This document shows, piece after piece, positions 62,580-64,000 of a stretch of DNA of 64,000 nt (positions are counted from its first letter, which is position 1; every line of letters starts with the position of its first letter). Below the pieces are notes generated by a model that did not search any database, was not told the DNA's origin, and saw only the letters and a list, made by a program, of their open reading frames with translations. This DNA comes from Raja brachyura (lineage: Eukaryota). Location of the stretch: positions 118,978,001-119,042,000 of the forward strand of contig OY740781.1 in the NCBI GenBank assembly GCA_963514005.1. Reading direction: 5' to 3'. A program made the position numbers and the translations under genes.

Positions 62580-63480
62580 GTGCCTGAACTTTCCAAGTTT
62601 CATTGTTGACCATTTAGATTGTAACTCTGAAGCAATCCCCAAATACCATCAACATGTCACCGGCCCCATGTGGGGTGGTAATATTCTAGACCACTGCTAC
62701 GCTATCATCAAGTAGGCCTATCACCCATCCCTCACCCTCCTTTTGGCGAATCTGATCATCTTTAGACTTTAGAGATACAGCGTGGAAACAGGCGTTTCGG
62801 CCCACCAATTCCGCACTGGCCAGTGATCACCTCGTGCACTAGCACTATCTTACATGCTAGGGACAGATTACAATTTTTTACCGAAGCCAACTAACCTAAA
62901 ATCCTGTACTTCTTTGGAGTGTGGGAGGAAATCAGAGTACCAGAGAAATCCTACATGGTCAGAGGAAGAAATAAAAACTCTGTACAGTGCAGCACCGACA
63001 GAGTGAGAATCGAACCCAGGTCTCAGGCGCTGTAAGGCTGCAACTGTACCACTGTGCCACTGTGCTGCATCTCTCCGTGCTGCTCGTGCCAGCTTACAGC
63101 ATGAAGTGTGAGGCACCAATAAAGTGCAAGGCATCAATGGAAAGAGTAATCAGCAGTGATCTGAGGTGGCTGAGGGTCTACTTCACAACTGCCGCAGGTC
63201 GATGGACTGGAACGTGATCAAGACCATTTATTCAGCTTGAATGAGTATAGCTCAGTCGTCACCTGTTTCATCAAGAAATGCATTTGCAACTGATTTCAGC
63301 AAAGACAATGAGGGTCAGTTATAAACTGAGATCCAGGGTGATTTTCAGCAATAATGCATCTCTACCAGGTGACTTCAATGCCTTTTTCCACCTGTTATGA
63401 ACAGGCAAACAAAATTCGACCTCGGCACATCCCATCTTCCGATGACTGTTCCATATATCTTATGGCAGAGGTTAAATCAA
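62580..63480 (+). mobile_element. Old Rex1/Babar endonuclease-region fragment, split by an HE1-like SINE (- strand, 62760-63068)
   Basis: KYHQHVTGPMWGGNILDHCY...HPPFGESDH (APE C-terminal SDH motif). Confidence 0.6.
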
Positions 63481-64000
63481 GTTAGAATAAAAACATCTAT
63501 GTCAGGACTATCACTCAATCTTTAACACCATAAAACCAATTAAAATTATGGTCATTGGTGTTATTCCCAACATTAGATACAGTAATAAATGCAGAAACAT
63601 TAAATACATTCAAAGTACAGTTAGTTGTAAGGTAAGGAGAGTTATAGCCCTGTGTCACGGTGCGAGTCCACCCACGAGTGACCCCAAGTGAGAGAAAAAA
63701 AACAGACTTGTGGTTGTGTACGAGATTCCAAGTTTATGTTCAAGTGTAACCAAGTTCCCATGGATATGTCATTTCTGCGATGTTCCAAGTTCCTCTCCCG
63801 AGTTACCAAGTTCCTCTCCCGTTACTCTTGAGCCAACCGTAAATGAAGGTCTGTTTTAATAAGCAACAGTGTTAAAGAAGACATCTCCATCCTGCGGCTT
63901 TGAGTTAAAGGTAGAATTCAGCGCGGCCGCATCTATTGATATGACCTACAAAGGGAAAATGCGCACCCTCCAGTGCCAGAGCAGTTATACTTCTGATTTG

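Noticed and set aside
63645-64000. Possible further Harbinger-like element start with CCAAGTTC repeats
   Set aside because: The TIR is degenerate and the other end is not in the window

Overview
Eukaryotic, AT-rich, repeat-dense genomic DNA with no host protein-coding exon that I can support; most likely a long intron or intergenic region. The repeat complement (HE1-like tRNA-derived SINEs, CR1/HER1-like LINEs with (CTATGTTT)n/(CTATGACT)n tails, Rex1/Babar, L1, Vingi-like, Penelope-like palindromic elements) points to a cartilaginous fish, probably a skate or ray (inference). Structurally complete elements: a 2.56-kb hAT DNA transposon with a decayed CGGBP1-like transposase (6778-9333, 8-bp TSD); a 4.1-kb Ty3/Gypsy element with both LTRs, PBS, PPT and a 5-bp TSD but with the reverse transcriptase deleted (15144-19256); a 5'-truncated L1 (49513-52850); hAT and PIF/Harbinger MITEs; and two related solo LTRs. 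Best leads: minimal hammerhead-ribozyme cores in short Penelope-like elements (one with a 14-bp TSD), an unexplained ~130-bp hairpin at 11215-11343, a perfect 37-bp palindrome at 53644-53726, a non-autonomous RTE-like element, and a candidate recursive splice site at about 57567. Family assignments come from recognising motifs by eye, not from database searches. Boundaries of degenerate repeats are approximate.
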